Of a stretch of DNA of 64,000 nt, positions 38,054-48,641 are shown one piece after another. The notes beneath the pieces were generated by a model. The model did no database searches and was not told the origin of the DNA. It was given only the letters and a program-made list of their open reading frames with translations. Where the stretch lies: positions 1-64,000 of the forward strand of contig BTUM01000041.1 in the NCBI GenBank assembly GCA_045863235.1, given 5' to 3'. Source of the DNA: Candidatus Xenobia bacterium (GTDB taxonomy: Bacteria > Vulcanimicrobiota > Xenobia > Xenobiales > QWHO01). How positions within the stretch are numbered: the first letter of the stretch is position 1; the number at the start of each line of letters is the position of its first letter. The translations under genes and the position numbers were made by a program.

Positions 38054-39685
38054 ATGGGCGGCGTCTTCAAGCGCAAAGGGCCGGGACCTGAGGCGCTCTT
38101 TCAGCGCGCCCAGCAGCACTTCGAGCAAGGCGACGCCCGCAAAGTGCTCGAGTGCCTGCAGGCTGCCCTGGAGGCCGACCCCAACTACGTGCCAGCCCGC
38201 GCCTTCCGGAGCGACCTCTGCATGATGATGAGCCAGTGGGCGGCCGCGGTGGACGATCTGCAGGCTCTGATCAAGCTCGACCCATCCAACGCCGCCCGGC
38301 ACCACAACAACCTCGGCAGCGTCCTGCGCGAACTGGGCCAGCCCGAGCGGGCGCTGGGAGAGTTCAACCGGGCCATCCAGCTCGACCCGCGTTACCCCAA
38401 GCCCTACTACAACCGCAGCCAGGCCCTGCGCACCCTGGAGCGGTCGGGGCAAGCCCTGAGTGATCTGAATCAGGCCATCGAGCTCGATCCCAATTACCTC
38501 AAGGCCTATGTCTCAAGGGGCGCCTTGCACTGGAGCGAGGGTCGCTACCAGGAGGCCCAGGCCGACTTTCAGACCTGCATGCGGCTCGAGCCCGGCAATC
38601 CCGAGCACCGGGCCCAGTATGCCCTGGCGCTCAGCAACGGAGGGCGGCGCGAAGAAGCGCTGGAGCACTTCTCCCAGTGCCTGGGCAGCAACTGGGCGAG
38701 CCAGCGCGAGGTGTGGGTGCTGCACAACATGGCCACCACCCTGGGCGAGCTGGGCCGCGACCAGGAGGCCGAAGAGGGGCTCAACCACGCCATCCGCATC
38801 GAGCCCCGCGATCCCGACCTGTACTACAACCGGGGCAACACCTTCTTGCGCCGTGGCCGCTACCAGGAGGCCGAGCGCGACTACGCCCGGGCGCTGGAGA
38901 TGCGCCCCGGCATGGTGTGCGCCCTGATCAACCAGAGCTCGGCCTGGCTGGCCCTGGGGCGGCTCGCCGAGGCTCGCCAGGCGCTCGATCGGGTGTTGGA
39001 AGCCCTGCCCGATCAGAGCCAGGCCCTCTTCAACCGGGGCCGGCTCAACCGGCTGGAAGGCCGTTTTGCCGAAGCCCTGGCCGACCTCGACCGGTTGCTG
39101 CGCCTGGCGCCCCATGACACCGAGGCTCAGGAAGAGCGTGCCCGGCCCCAGAGCCAGAACCAGGAGCCGCTGGGGCCGCGACTGGCTCCTTTGCTCGAGG
39201 TGGACGACCTGCCCGCCCCCGATCCGCCCGACCCGCCCGAGGAGACCGGCCGCCTCCTGCACAGGCTCCAGGCTGGCGAGTCGCCCGAGGAGATCCTCAC
39301 CGGAGCCATCAAGGCCCGCTCGCTTCAAGCCGCCCGGGCCGCCCTGGACGCCGGAGCCAGCGCCCGGGGCCAGGAAGTGCCGGCGCTGGCCGGGGCCATT
39401 TTGTCCAACCACCTGGGGCTCATCGGGCTTCTGCTCGATCGCGGAGCCAGCCTGACCGATCCGATCGCCGGGTTCCCTCCCCTGTCGTTCTGCGTGTCGG
39501 TCTGGACCGAGCAAGACACGGAGCAGGACAAGGCTCGCACCGCCGCCTTCCTGGTCAGCCGGGGGGCGGACGTGAACGGCGTGAATGACCTGGGAGCCAC
39601 CCCCCTCGACGACGCCCTGATCTCGGAGAAGTCCTATCTGGCGGCGGCTCTTCAAAGCCTGGGGGGGCGCCCCGGATTGTTCTGA
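38054..39685 (+). CDS. TPR-repeat protein with C-terminal ankyrin repeats
   Basis: Roughly ten 34-aa TPRs (e.g. YYNRG...A...DP); ankyrin motifs LLLDRGA and GADVN...GATPLDDA. Confidence 0.9.
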   Translation: MGGVFKRKGPGPEALFQRAQQHFEQGDARKVLECLQAALEADPNYVPARAFRSDLCMMMSQWAAAVDDLQALIKLDPSNAARHHNNLGSVLRELGQPERALGEFNRAIQLDPRYPKPYYNRSQALRTLERSGQALSDLNQAIELDPNYLKAYVSRGALHWSEGRYQEAQADFQTCMRLEPGNPEHRAQYALALSNGGRREEALEHFSQCLGSNWASQREVWVLHNMATTLGELGRDQEAEEGLNHAIRIEPRDPDLYYNRGNTFLRRGRYQEAERDYARALEMRPGMVCALINQSSAWLALGRLAEARQALDRVLEALPDQSQALFNRGRLNRLEGRFAEALADLDRLLRLAPHDTEAQEERARPQSQNQEPLGPRLAPLLEVDDLPAPDPPDPPEETGRLLHRLQAGESPEEILTGAIKARSLQAARAALDAGASARGQEVPALAGAILSNHLGLIGLLLDRGASLTDPIAGFPPLSFCVSVWTEQDTEQDKARTAAFLVSRGADVNGVNDLGATPLDDALISEKSYLAAALQSLGGRPGLF

Positions 39686-39815
39686 TTGTGCACGGCACAT
39701 TTTGTGCCAGCTCCACGAGCGGCACAAGCGAACGACACTTGCCCGGCCGCGTCGACGAGAGCACCCGGGAACCCCGCCAGGACTGCTCCCCCGGGCGTCA
39801 AAGCCCCCCGCCCAG

Positions 39816-40808
39816 ATGGAACTTCGCATGCCCGCCGAGTGGGAGCCCCACGCCGCTACCTGGGCCGCATGGCCCTTCGATGACGAAGAGTGGCGCGGCT
39901 TCCTTGCGCCCGCCCGCGAAGAGTATGCTGCCGTCCTGCGCCGCCTGAGCGCCTTCGAGCCGGTCGAGCTGCTGGTGCACGATCAGGATACCGAGGATGA
40001 TGCACGCCATCGGCTGGAAGGCTGCGACGTGCGCTTCCACCGCTGCCCCCTCGACGACGTCTGGCTGCGCGACAACGGCCCCATCTTCGTGCGCCGCGAG
40101 GACGGCAGCATCCACCTGACCCACTGGCGCTTCAACGCCTGGGGCCAGAAGTACGACTACTCCCTGGACGCCAGGGCCCCCGAGACCATCGCCCGGGTCC
40201 TGGGCGCCCGTCGGGTCGAGATCGACCTGGTGATGGAGGGCGGCTCGCTGGAAACCGACGGCACCGGTCTCTGCCTCACCACCCGCCAGTGCTTGCTGCA
40301 CCCCAAGCGGAATCGCGGAGTGGACGCCGCCGAGTTGCAGCGCGCCCTGCACCGCTATCTGGGGCTGGATCGGGTGATCTGGCTCGAGCGCGGGCTGGAG
40401 GGCGACCATACTGACGGCCATATCGACACGCTGACTCGCTTTGTGGCACCGGGCAAGGTGGTGACCTCGATTGCCGGCCAGGGCGACTCCAACCACGACC
40501 TGTTGCAGGAGAACTTTCACCAGCTCAAATCTTACGGCCTGGAGGTGGTCAAGCTGCCTCTGCCGCAAGAGCGACGCGAGCTGGAGGGAGCGCGCCTGCC
40601 CATGACCTATGCCAACTTCTATATCGCCAACGGAATCGTGCTCGTGCCCCTTTACGGTGACCGCAAGGACGACGAGGCCATGCACGTCCTCGGGAAGGCG
40701 TTTCCTGGCCGCCTGGTGGAGGGATTTCCGGCCCGGGCCATCATCACCAGCGGGGGCGCTTTCCACTGTTTGACCCAGCAACAACCGGCCGGAGCGCTGG
40801 CGCGATGA
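39816..40808 (+). CDS. aguA: agmatine deiminase
   Basis: Motifs MPAEWEPH, WLRDNGP, EGGS, DHTDGHID, YANFY and GGAFHCLTQQQP. Confidence 0.93.
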   Translation: MELRMPAEWEPHAATWAAWPFDDEEWRGFLAPAREEYAAVLRRLSAFEPVELLVHDQDTEDDARHRLEGCDVRFHRCPLDDVWLRDNGPIFVRREDGSIHLTHWRFNAWGQKYDYSLDARAPETIARVLGARRVEIDLVMEGGSLETDGTGLCLTTRQCLLHPKRNRGVDAAELQRALHRYLGLDRVIWLERGLEGDHTDGHIDTLTRFVAPGKVVTSIAGQGDSNHDLLQENFHQLKSYGLEVVKLPLPQERRELEGARLPMTYANFYIANGIVLVPLYGDRKDDEAMHVLGKAFPGRLVEGFPARAIITSGGAFHCLTQQQPAGALAR

Positions 40809-41683
40809 AGCTAGCCGTGGTGCAGATGGCCATGAGCTCGGACCTGCAGGTCAACCTGACCAGAGCCGAAGACCTGGTCAGAGAGGCCGCGGCCCGGGGA
40901 GCGGGGCTGATCTTGTTGCCCGAGCTGTTCGAAAGTCTCTATTTTCCTCAGCAGCAGCGTGAAGAGCGCTTTCAGCTCTCCCACCCGGTGTCGGGCCACC
41001 CCTTCCTGGGCCTTTTCGCGGAGATGGCCCGCGAACTCAAGGTGGTGCTCCCGGTCAGCTTCTTCGAGCGGGCCGGCCAGGCCCACTACAACAGCCTGCA
41101 GATGATCGACGCCAGCGGCGAGGCGCTGGGCTGCTATCGCAAGACCCACATCCCCGACGGTCCGGGCTACCAGGAGAAGTACTACTTCAACCCGGGCGAC
41201 ACCGGCTTTCGCACCTGGTCGACAGCGGTGGGGGCGGTGGGCGTGGCCATCTGCTGGGATCAGTGGTTCCCCGAGTGCGCCCGGGCCATGGCTTTGCAGG
41301 GCGCCGACCTCCTGCTCTACCCCACGGCCATCGGCTCGGAGCCTCCCGAGGCGGACAGCCTGGACACCCGGGCCATGTGGCAGCGTGCCATGCTCGGCCA
41401 TGCCGTGTGCAACAGCTGTTACCTGGCCGCGGCCAACAGAGTGGGACAGGAAGGCGAGGCCCGTTTTTACGGGCACTCCTTTATCGCTGACTTCCGAGGG
41501 GAGATCCTGGCCGAGGCCGATGACCACAGCGAAACCATCCTGCAGGCCGAGGTCGACCTCGAGCTGGCCCGCTCGTTCCGTGCCGGGATGGGCTTTTTTC
41601 GGGATCGCCGCCCGGAGCACTATCGTACACTTCTGACACTGGACGGAACAACCCGACCCTGGAAAGCGACGGAGCTCTTATGA
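40805..41683 (+). CDS. aguB: N-carbamoylputrescine amidase
   Basis: Nitrilase-family motifs PELF, YRKTHIPDGPGYQEKYYF, ICWDQWFPE and YPTAIGSEP; overlaps the aguA stop. Confidence 0.93.
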   Translation: MKLAVVQMAMSSDLQVNLTRAEDLVREAAARGAGLILLPELFESLYFPQQQREERFQLSHPVSGHPFLGLFAEMARELKVVLPVSFFERAGQAHYNSLQMIDASGEALGCYRKTHIPDGPGYQEKYYFNPGDTGFRTWSTAVGAVGVAICWDQWFPECARAMALQGADLLLYPTAIGSEPPEADSLDTRAMWQRAMLGHAVCNSCYLAAANRVGQEGEARFYGHSFIADFRGEILAEADDHSETILQAEVDLELARSFRAGMGFFRDRRPEHYRTLLTLDGTTRPWKATELL

Positions 41684-42252
41684 AAAGCGTCCTTCTGGCT
41701 CTCATCTTGCTGCTGGCCCCGGCCGGGGCCTGCGGGCTGGATACCCGGGCCGAGTTCATCGAGGTGGGCGAAGACATGGAGGGCGGGGTGGCCCCCAGCG
41801 ATCCCAGGCTGATGGTCTTGATCCTCAAGAAGCCCGATGGCAGCGCGGTCATTCTGACCCGTCGCCGCGGCCAGGTCTACACCCGCGGCACCCTCGAGAG
41901 CTTCCAGCAGGCCGTGGCCGACCCGATGAGCAAACTGGGCTTGCTGTCGTTGCCATGCGAGCCCGAGTCGCGTTCCGGGTTGTCCGACGCTTACGGAATG
42001 AAGCGCTCTCTGCACGTTCACCTGGGGGGCAAGTGCTGGCGGCACGCGCCTCCATCCGGGTGCGTGCACGACGCTCCCACCATCAAGCCCAACCCCGAAC
42101 AGAAAAAGATCTTTGCCAGGGCCACCAGCGAGATCGCCGCCCTGGCAAGCCGGGCTCGCGAGAAGGCCACTGAAAGCAATTGGGATCAAGCCTGGAAGCA
42201 GCTTGAGAAAGAAAAGCCCGCACCCAGGGGCCCCGTGCCGGGATTGCCCTGA
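41680..42252 (+). CDS. putative exported protein
   Basis: Signal peptide MKSVLLALILLLAPAGA; coupled to aguB. Confidence 0.65.
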   Translation: MKSVLLALILLLAPAGACGLDTRAEFIEVGEDMEGGVAPSDPRLMVLILKKPDGSAVILTRRRGQVYTRGTLESFQQAVADPMSKLGLLSLPCEPESRSGLSDAYGMKRSLHVHLGGKCWRHAPPSGCVHDAPTIKPNPEQKKIFARATSEIAALASRAREKATESNWDQAWKQLEKEKPAPRGPVPGLP

Positions 42253-42505
42253 CAAGGCCCTCAGGGGATCCCCCCGCGTGTCCGGACGGCAACATGGGGT
42301 TAACAAACGGTTCATCCCCGCTCTGGCTTTGTTCGATGTTCGCTCGCTACCCTGAGGCCATTATGAGGATCGAATTCATATCAAGCGACCCGACGCTGGG
42401 CTGGGAAGTCTCGCCCGCCCGACGCCTGACCATCTTCCTTCTCTGGTGGCGTTTCCACCTGAGCTGACCAGGAACCGGAGAGGCGCCGTCTAATCAGCCC
42501 TCGCC

Positions 42506-45184
42506 GTGACGACCCGAACCCGACACTGCTGTCTTTCTCTCAAGACCGACGACGACCCGCGCCAGCGAGCCCTGCTCGAGGGCGCCCGCACTCTCGGTTT
42601 TCCTCTCGAGCGCCTGGAGGTCGAGGACCTCTACTTCTTTCCCGGCGACCTGTCCGATGCCACCTCCGCGCAACTGGAGGAAATGCTGTGCGACCCGGTG
42701 GTGCAGAAGGCGCGCTGGGATTCCCCCGATGATGGCCAGATCGTGGAAGTGGTCCTCCGTCCCGGGGTGACCGACCCGGTAGCCGAAGAGCTGGTCGAGA
42801 TGGCCCGTCACGCCGGCCTGACCGAGATCACCAGCGCCGCCAGCGGTACCCGCTACCGGCTCTTCCCCGCCCAGCCCGAGGCCGAGCGCCTGGCCCGCCA
42901 ACTTCTGGCCAACCCGGTCGTGCACCAGATCTCCTTTGGTGCCGTGCAGCCCGCCTGGCTGGGTAAAGCCAGCCCCTCCGATCGGGTGGACGAGGTGGCC
43001 CTGCTCGGCCTCTCCCCCCAGGAGCTCGAGCAGCTCTCGCAGGAGCGACGCTCGGCCCTGGATCAGGCCGAGATGCTGGCCATCCAGAGCTATTATCAAG
43101 GCGTGGGGCGCAATCCGACCGACGTCGAGTTCGAGACCCTGGCCCAGACCTGGAGCGAGCACTGCCTGCACAAGACCTTCCGGGCCCGCATCCAACTCGA
43201 GGACGGCCAGGTCGTGGACGGATTGCTCGATCACTACATCCGCCGCGCCACCGAAGAGCTCGACCGACCCTGGGTCCTGTCTGCCTTCGTGGACAATGCC
43301 GGCGTGATAGCCTTCGGAGAGGGGTACGAGCTGAGCTTCAAGGTGGAGACCCACAACCACCCCTCTGCCCTGGAACCATTCGGAGGCGCCAACACCGGCG
43401 TGGGCGGGGTGATCCGTGACGTGCTGGGAGTATCGGCTCGCCCCATCGCGGTCACCGACGTGCTCTGCTTTGCGCCCCCCGATCATCGCCAGCCCGAGGG
43501 CGTGCTGCCCCCACGCCGCATCCGTGACGGCGTGATCGCGGGCGTAGAGGACTACGGTAACAAGATGGGGCTGCCCACCGTCAACGGGGCCGTGCTCTAC
43601 CATCCCGGTTACGCGGCCAATCCTCTGGTTTACTGCGGTTGCCTGGGCATCGCCCCGCGCGGTAGCCATCCGCGCGAGCCTCAAACCGGAGACCGGGTGG
43701 TGCTGCTGGGCGGCCACACCGGCCGCGACGGGCTGCGGGGAGCCACTTTCAGCTCCATGACGCTGGAGCAGGACAGTGCCCAGCTGGCCGGCGCCTCGGT
43801 GCAGATCGGCCACCCCATCATGGAGAAGGGGCTGCTCGATGTCCTCTGGCGTGCCCGCGACCGGCGCCTCTACACGGCCATCACCGATTGCGGGGCGGGC
43901 GGCCTCTCTTCGGCGGTGGGCGAGATGGCCAGCGGGGTGGGGGCCGATGTGGAGCTCGAGCATGTTCGGCTCAAGTATCCCGGCCTTTCTCCCTGGGAGA
44001 TCTGGCTCTCGGAAGCCCAGGAGCGCATGGTGCTGGCCGTTCCCCCCGAGAATCTGGTTCCGCTGCAGGAGCTGTGCCAGATCTATGGGGTGGAGTCCAC
44101 CGACCTGGGCCACTTCACCGGCCACGGCCGACTGGTGGTGCGCTACGCCGGCAAGCCGGTGCTGGAGCTGGACAACCACTTCCTCCACAAGGGCTGCCCC
44201 CGGCGCACCATGCCGGCCGTGGTTCGACCTCCCCGGCCCTATCAACCGCCCGAGCGGAGCCTGCTGGAGTGGCTCTGCGACCCCAATGTGGCTTCCAAGG
44301 AAGAGGTGGTGCGCCGCTACGACCACGAGGTGCTCGGCCAGACCGCCCTCAAGCCCTTCGCGGGCGCTGCCCTGGACGCCCCCATGGACGCGGCCGTGCT
44401 GCTTCCCCTGGGTACCCCGGGCCCGCTGGGGGCGGTGCTCAGCTGTGGCATCAACCCCTGGCTCGGCGAGTGCGACCCCTACCTGATGGCCCTCTGGGCC
44501 GTGGACGAGGCGGTGCGCAACGCTGTGGCCACCGGGGCCGATCCCGAGCGGATGGCCATCCTGGACAACTTCTGCTGGGGCAGTCCGCGTCGAGCGGAAA
44601 CCCTGGGCGATCTGGTGGAGGCCTGCCGCGGCTGCTACGACGCCGCCAGGCTGTTCGGAACCCCCTTCATCTCGGGCAAGGACTCGCTCTACAACGAATA
44701 CGAGGGCCAGAGCATCCCGCCCACGCTGCTGATCTCGGCCCTCAGCCTGCACCCGAATGTCGAGCAGGTCGTCTCCAGCGATCTCAAGCGCCCTGGCCAG
44801 GCGCTCTATCTGGTGGGAACCCGGCCCGGCGCTCCCCTGGAAAGAAGCCTTCCCGACTGGGCCCCGGGCCTCTATCGGGCCCTGCACCAGGCCATGAGTC
44901 AGGGCCTGGTGGCGGCCTGCCACGACGCCAGCGAGGGGGGGGTGGCCGTGGCCGCCGCCGAGATGGCCATGGGCGGTCGCCTGGGGCTGCAGATCGCGCT
45001 CGAGGAGCCCTACGCCGAGCGCCCCTGCCGCCTGCTGGTGGAGGTCACCCGGCCGGCCGCTTTCGAAGCCGCCCTGGAAGGCTATCCCTGCACCAGAATC
45101 GGTCAGGTCGTGGCCGAGCCGGGGCTGCGCATTGGCGAGCAAGAGTGGCCGCTGGAGCAATTGCTGGAGGCCTGGAAGTCGTGA
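42506..45184 (+). CDS. purL: phosphoribosylformylglycinamidine synthase subunit PurL with N-terminal PurS-like extension
   Basis: Motifs QTWSEHC, KVETHNHP, DCGAGG, LSEAQERM, SGKDSLYN and HDASEGG. Confidence 0.93.
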   Translation: MTTRTRHCCLSLKTDDDPRQRALLEGARTLGFPLERLEVEDLYFFPGDLSDATSAQLEEMLCDPVVQKARWDSPDDGQIVEVVLRPGVTDPVAEELVEMARHAGLTEITSAASGTRYRLFPAQPEAERLARQLLANPVVHQISFGAVQPAWLGKASPSDRVDEVALLGLSPQELEQLSQERRSALDQAEMLAIQSYYQGVGRNPTDVEFETLAQTWSEHCLHKTFRARIQLEDGQVVDGLLDHYIRRATEELDRPWVLSAFVDNAGVIAFGEGYELSFKVETHNHPSALEPFGGANTGVGGVIRDVLGVSARPIAVTDVLCFAPPDHRQPEGVLPPRRIRDGVIAGVEDYGNKMGLPTVNGAVLYHPGYAANPLVYCGCLGIAPRGSHPREPQTGDRVVLLGGHTGRDGLRGATFSSMTLEQDSAQLAGASVQIGHPIMEKGLLDVLWRARDRRLYTAITDCGAGGLSSAVGEMASGVGADVELEHVRLKYPGLSPWEIWLSEAQERMVLAVPPENLVPLQELCQIYGVESTDLGHFTGHGRLVVRYAGKPVLELDNHFLHKGCPRRTMPAVVRPPRPYQPPERSLLEWLCDPNVASKEEVVRRYDHEVLGQTALKPFAGAALDAPMDAAVLLPLGTPGPLGAVLSCGINPWLGECDPYLMALWAVDEAVRNAVATGADPERMAILDNFCWGSPRRAETLGDLVEACRGCYDAARLFGTPFISGKDSLYNEYEGQSIPPTLLISALSLHPNVEQVVSSDLKRPGQALYLVGTRPGAPLERSLPDWAPGLYRALHQAMSQGLVAACHDASEGGVAVAAAEMAMGGRLGLQIALEEPYAERPCRLLVEVTRPAAFEAALEGYPCTRIGQVVAEPGLRIGEQEWPLEQLLEAWKS

Positions 45185-45885
45185 GCAAGCCCCGTGCGCT
45201 CATCTTGTATGCCCCGGGCACCAACCGGGAGGGCGAGGCCGCCCGGGCCCTGGACCTTGCCGGCGCCGAGCCGGTGGTGGCCCCGCTGAGCGAGCTGCGC
45301 GACCAGAGCTGGCTCGACTACCAGCTGCTTGTGCTGCCGGGTGGATTCTCCTACGCCGACGCCCTGGGCGCCGGTCGGCTGTGGGCCCTCGAGCTCAAGC
45401 AGCGTTTCTGCGACCAGATGCACGGCTTCATCGCCAGCGGACGGCCCGTGCTGGGCATCTGCAACGGCTTTCAGGCCCTGGTGAAAGGCGGCTTCCTGCC
45501 CGAAGGTCAGGCCACCCTGGCTCCCAACACGGTGGGTCACTTCCAGTGCCGTTGGGTGCGCCTGCTGCCCACCGCAGAGCGATGCCTGTGGACTCTGGGC
45601 CTCAAAGGGCCCCTCGACTGCCCCGTGGCCCACGGCGAAGGACGCTTCCTCCCCTCCCCTCCGGGCGACCCCTCCTGCGTGGCCCTCACCTATGCTCCCG
45701 ACCCGGGCAACCCCAACGGCTCCTGGCTGGACGCCGCCGGCGTCACCAACGAGCAGGGCAACGTGCTGGGCCTGATGCCCCACCCCGAGAATCACCTCTT
45801 CCCCTGGCAGCATCCGCGTCATTCCCGAGGAGAAGGAGGCGGGCTGGGGCTGGACCTCTTTCGCTCGGGAGTGGCTCATGCATGA
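45181..45885 (+). CDS. purQ: FGAM synthase glutaminase subunit PurQ
   Basis: Motifs PGTN, GGFSYAD, GICNGFQ, AHGEG and GLMPHPE; GTG overlaps the purL stop. Confidence 0.93.
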   Translation: MSKPRALILYAPGTNREGEAARALDLAGAEPVVAPLSELRDQSWLDYQLLVLPGGFSYADALGAGRLWALELKQRFCDQMHGFIASGRPVLGICNGFQALVKGGFLPEGQATLAPNTVGHFQCRWVRLLPTAERCLWTLGLKGPLDCPVAHGEGRFLPSPPGDPSCVALTYAPDPGNPNGSWLDAAGVTNEQGNVLGLMPHPENHLFPWQHPRHSRGEGGGLGLDLFRSGVAHA

Positions 45886-47833
45886 CCCGCTTCACCAGCT
45901 TTTCCCCCCCGATCCTCCCCCTGACACCCCGCCTCAGCTCAAGCTGCTGCTCGACCGGCTGAACGAGGCCATGGTGCGCGATCAGGTCGACCTGGCCCGG
46001 GCTTACCTCTGGGCCTCCCTCGAGCAACTGATCCGGTTCTTCTCCGGGCTCACCCTGCAGGCCCTGGAGTACGAAGGCCTGCGCACTCCCACCCAGCTCT
46101 CTCTCCTGAGCCGGGGCGCCGGCTCGCTGGAAGGCTGCACCCGCGTGCTGCAGGCAGCCGTCGGAGGACTGGTGGATCCACCCCGCACCAAACGAGGCGA
46201 GCAGGTGCTCAAGGTCTTCTACCCCTATCCCCCGCTGGACGCGCTGCACACCCGGTGGCTGGGCATCGCCGGCGCGCCCACCGAGCAGCCGCCCCTCTAC
46301 CAGTGGACGCCCACCATCGATCACGTGGACATTCAGGCCGAAGCGGTGCGCAACTACCTGCCCATCCTGCACTCCTGGCTGCTCGGCGCCACCAACCTGT
46401 TCCAAGAAGAGCAATTCTCGCTCGACCGCGAGCAGGCCGTGACCCTGGTGCACGAGTACGACCCTCCGCCCGTGCAGGCCGGCCCTCCCAATCCGGACGA
46501 CGCGCTGGCCTACTGGTCGCAGATGGAGGCCTCGGCCGAAGATGCCAGGATGGCCGCCCAGCAGGTGCTGCTGGCCCTGACCCAGCGAGCTGAAGGCGCC
46601 CTTTCTCGAAACCTGTTCGAGATCGCCGCCCAGGAGTTCGGTCGCATCCTCGAGCGCCAGGCCGACGCCGCCGCCCTGGCCGGCAAGGGACGGGCTTTGA
46701 GCTGTCTGGGGCGACTGGAGGAGGCCCAGCACTGCCTGACCGAAGCCGAGGAGCTCTCGCGACAGTTCGGCGACCCGTCAAGCCGTTGCTCGAGCCTTTT
46801 TTACCGGGCCACCAACATGCGCTACCTGGGTCGGTTTCAGGAGGCCCTGGAAGATATCGAGCCGGCGCTCGTGCTGGCCCGCGAGCAGAAGGCCGAGTCA
46901 ACGCGCCTGGCCGCCATGGAGATGGAGCGAGCTGCCATCTTGCTGAAGCTCGGGCAGAGAGCCGCCTACCTGCAGGCTCTCAAACGGGCCTGCGAGGATT
47001 CCAAGCGGGCCGCCGACCTGGAGAAGTCGAGCCGGGCCGAGGTGGAGCTGGCCTGCAACCTGGTGGAGCGAGCCTATGCGACCGACCCCAGCTTCAAAGA
47101 CCATCGGGCTCGCTCGGATCGCAACCAGGCCATCGCCATCTTGAAGAAGCTCAAGAAACGCGAGCCACTCTTTGCCATGGACATCGAGCTGGTTCGCTTC
47201 GTCAGGGAGCGCTTCGATCCGTGGGGGCGGCCCGAGCATGATCTGCTGACAGCCGAAAGAGACCTGCGGGTGATCCGGGTGCTGCTCGAGCTCCTGCCCC
47301 CGTCGGATGAGCTGAAATCGTTGCAGGTCAGGCTGATGGAGGAGGCCCGCGAGCGGCTCGCTGGAGGCCCCCTCCCGGCCGGCTACGTGGCCCAGCTGTT
47401 CGGACTGTTCACCGATCTCGCGGCCCGGTCGGGCAAGGAAAGCCGGCGCTGGCAAACCGAGCACTGGCTGGATCTGGCCGAGAGCTTCCCCGACCACGAC
47501 AACCGCACCCGTTGCCTGGTGCTGGCCTGCTCGAGCCTGCACTCCAGCACCGAGTCCAAGGACATCAAACTGCTGGTCTCGCTGCTCGACAGGTTGGCAG
47601 ATGAGCTTCCCCAGGGCCTGCCCTCAGGGGGGCTGGACCTGCTGGGCCCGGCTTTCAGCGCCATCCAGCATCGCCTGCCCAAAATGGGCCGAGAGCCCGA
47701 CTTCAAAGCTTCGGTGCAAGCCATGGCCGAACGCTGGCGGGCCCTTCCGCCCACCATGCCCAGCCGGGCTGGTGTGGGCCGCCAGGTCCTGAGCGAGCTG
47801 GCTGGCAAGAAGATCGACAATGTCACGCCTTAG
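45878..47833 (+). CDS. TPR-like hypothetical protein
   Basis: Central TPR-like helices (GKGRALSCLGRLEEA, YLGRFQEALED); coupled to purQ. Confidence 0.7.
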   Translation: MHDPLHQLFPPDPPPDTPPQLKLLLDRLNEAMVRDQVDLARAYLWASLEQLIRFFSGLTLQALEYEGLRTPTQLSLLSRGAGSLEGCTRVLQAAVGGLVDPPRTKRGEQVLKVFYPYPPLDALHTRWLGIAGAPTEQPPLYQWTPTIDHVDIQAEAVRNYLPILHSWLLGATNLFQEEQFSLDREQAVTLVHEYDPPPVQAGPPNPDDALAYWSQMEASAEDARMAAQQVLLALTQRAEGALSRNLFEIAAQEFGRILERQADAAALAGKGRALSCLGRLEEAQHCLTEAEELSRQFGDPSSRCSSLFYRATNMRYLGRFQEALEDIEPALVLAREQKAESTRLAAMEMERAAILLKLGQRAAYLQALKRACEDSKRAADLEKSSRAEVELACNLVERAYATDPSFKDHRARSDRNQAIAILKKLKKREPLFAMDIELVRFVRERFDPWGRPEHDLLTAERDLRVIRVLLELLPPSDELKSLQVRLMEEARERLAGGPLPAGYVAQLFGLFTDLAARSGKESRRWQTEHWLDLAESFPDHDNRTRCLVLACSSLHSSTESKDIKLLVSLLDRLADELPQGLPSGGLDLLGPAFSAIQHRLPKMGREPDFKASVQAMAERWRALPPTMPSRAGVGRQVLSELAGKKIDNVTP

Positions 47834-48641
47834 GCTGGCTCTACTCTTGATCCTGGTGGCCCCGACTCTGGCTCAGGCGGTTCTGTTCTCCAAACCCAGC
47901 CAGTTCGCGGGCAAGGTCCTGGTGGTCGAAGATGGCGGTTATCGCATTCTTCGCTTCCACGACCAGGGCCATGACTCGGAGCAGTCGCGCTGCGAGGTCA
48001 AACGCCCCACCTACCTGGTGCACGAGTACACCCGCCTGCAGCTGCTGGGCCTGACCTTCCTCGAGAAGCCCCCCGAGCGGATCCTGGTGATCGGGCTGGG
48101 GGGCGCCTCGCTCTCCAAGGCCCTGCACGAGCTCTACCCGTCGGCGCGGGTAGACTCGGTGGAGATCGACCCGGTGGTGGTGGAGGCAGCCCGCAAGTTC
48201 TTCTTTTATCGCGAGGGACCGAGGGTGCGCACCTTCGTGCAGGATGCGCGCCAGTACGTGCGTCAGACCCGAGAGCGCTATGACATCGTGTTCCTGGACG
48301 CCTTCGACGGACTGGACGTGCCCGAAGTCCTGCGCACCCAGCAGTTCTACCGCGACGTGGCCGCTCTGCTCGAGTCCGAGGGGTCAGTGGTGGTGGCCAA
48401 TCTGCACCGCAACTCGGAGACCTACGCCAGCGACCGCAACACGCTGGCTTCGGTGTTCGGACAGACCTGCGCCTTCGCGGGAGTGGGCAACGTTCTGCTG
48501 GTCAATCGCCTGCGGCCGGGTAGCTGCGACATCCTGGAGGAGGCCTCGAAGCTGGCACCCCAGTATGACCTGGTCCGCTACGCGCGCATGCGCGACGACT
48601 CCGATTGGGACCACGCGGCGCCGCTGGTTACGGGGTCGTGA
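47820..48641 (+). CDS. spermidine-synthase-like methyltransferase with signal peptide
   Basis: Motifs LVIGLGGA, VEIDPVVV, DARQY and DIVFLDAF. Confidence 0.85.
   Translation: MSRLRLALLLILVAPTLAQAVLFSKPSQFAGKVLVVEDGGYRILRFHDQGHDSEQSRCEVKRPTYLVHEYTRLQLLGLTFLEKPPERILVIGLGGASLSKALHELYPSARVDSVEIDPVVVEAARKFFFYREGPRVRTFVQDARQYVRQTRERYDIVFLDAFDGLDVPEVLRTQQFYRDVAALLESEGSVVVANLHRNSETYASDRNTLASVFGQTCAFAGVGNVLLVNRLRPGSCDILEEASKLAPQYDLVRYARMRDDSDWDHAAPLVTGS

Noticed and set aside
42380..42500. Purine, ZTP or PRPP riboswitch upstream of purL
   Set aside because: Only GTTTCCACC loosely resembles the purine aptamer junction; the other conserved nucleotides of these families are not evident.
43888..45180. 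665-aa ORF as an extended PurQ
   Set aside because: The upstream part is an off-frame read of purL; PurQ similarity begins at GTG 45181.
39816..48641. A dedicated polyamine cluster (aguA, aguB, spermidine-synthase-like gene)
   Set aside because: The methyltransferase is separated by purLQ and a TPR gene and has a signal peptide; the linkage is not supported.
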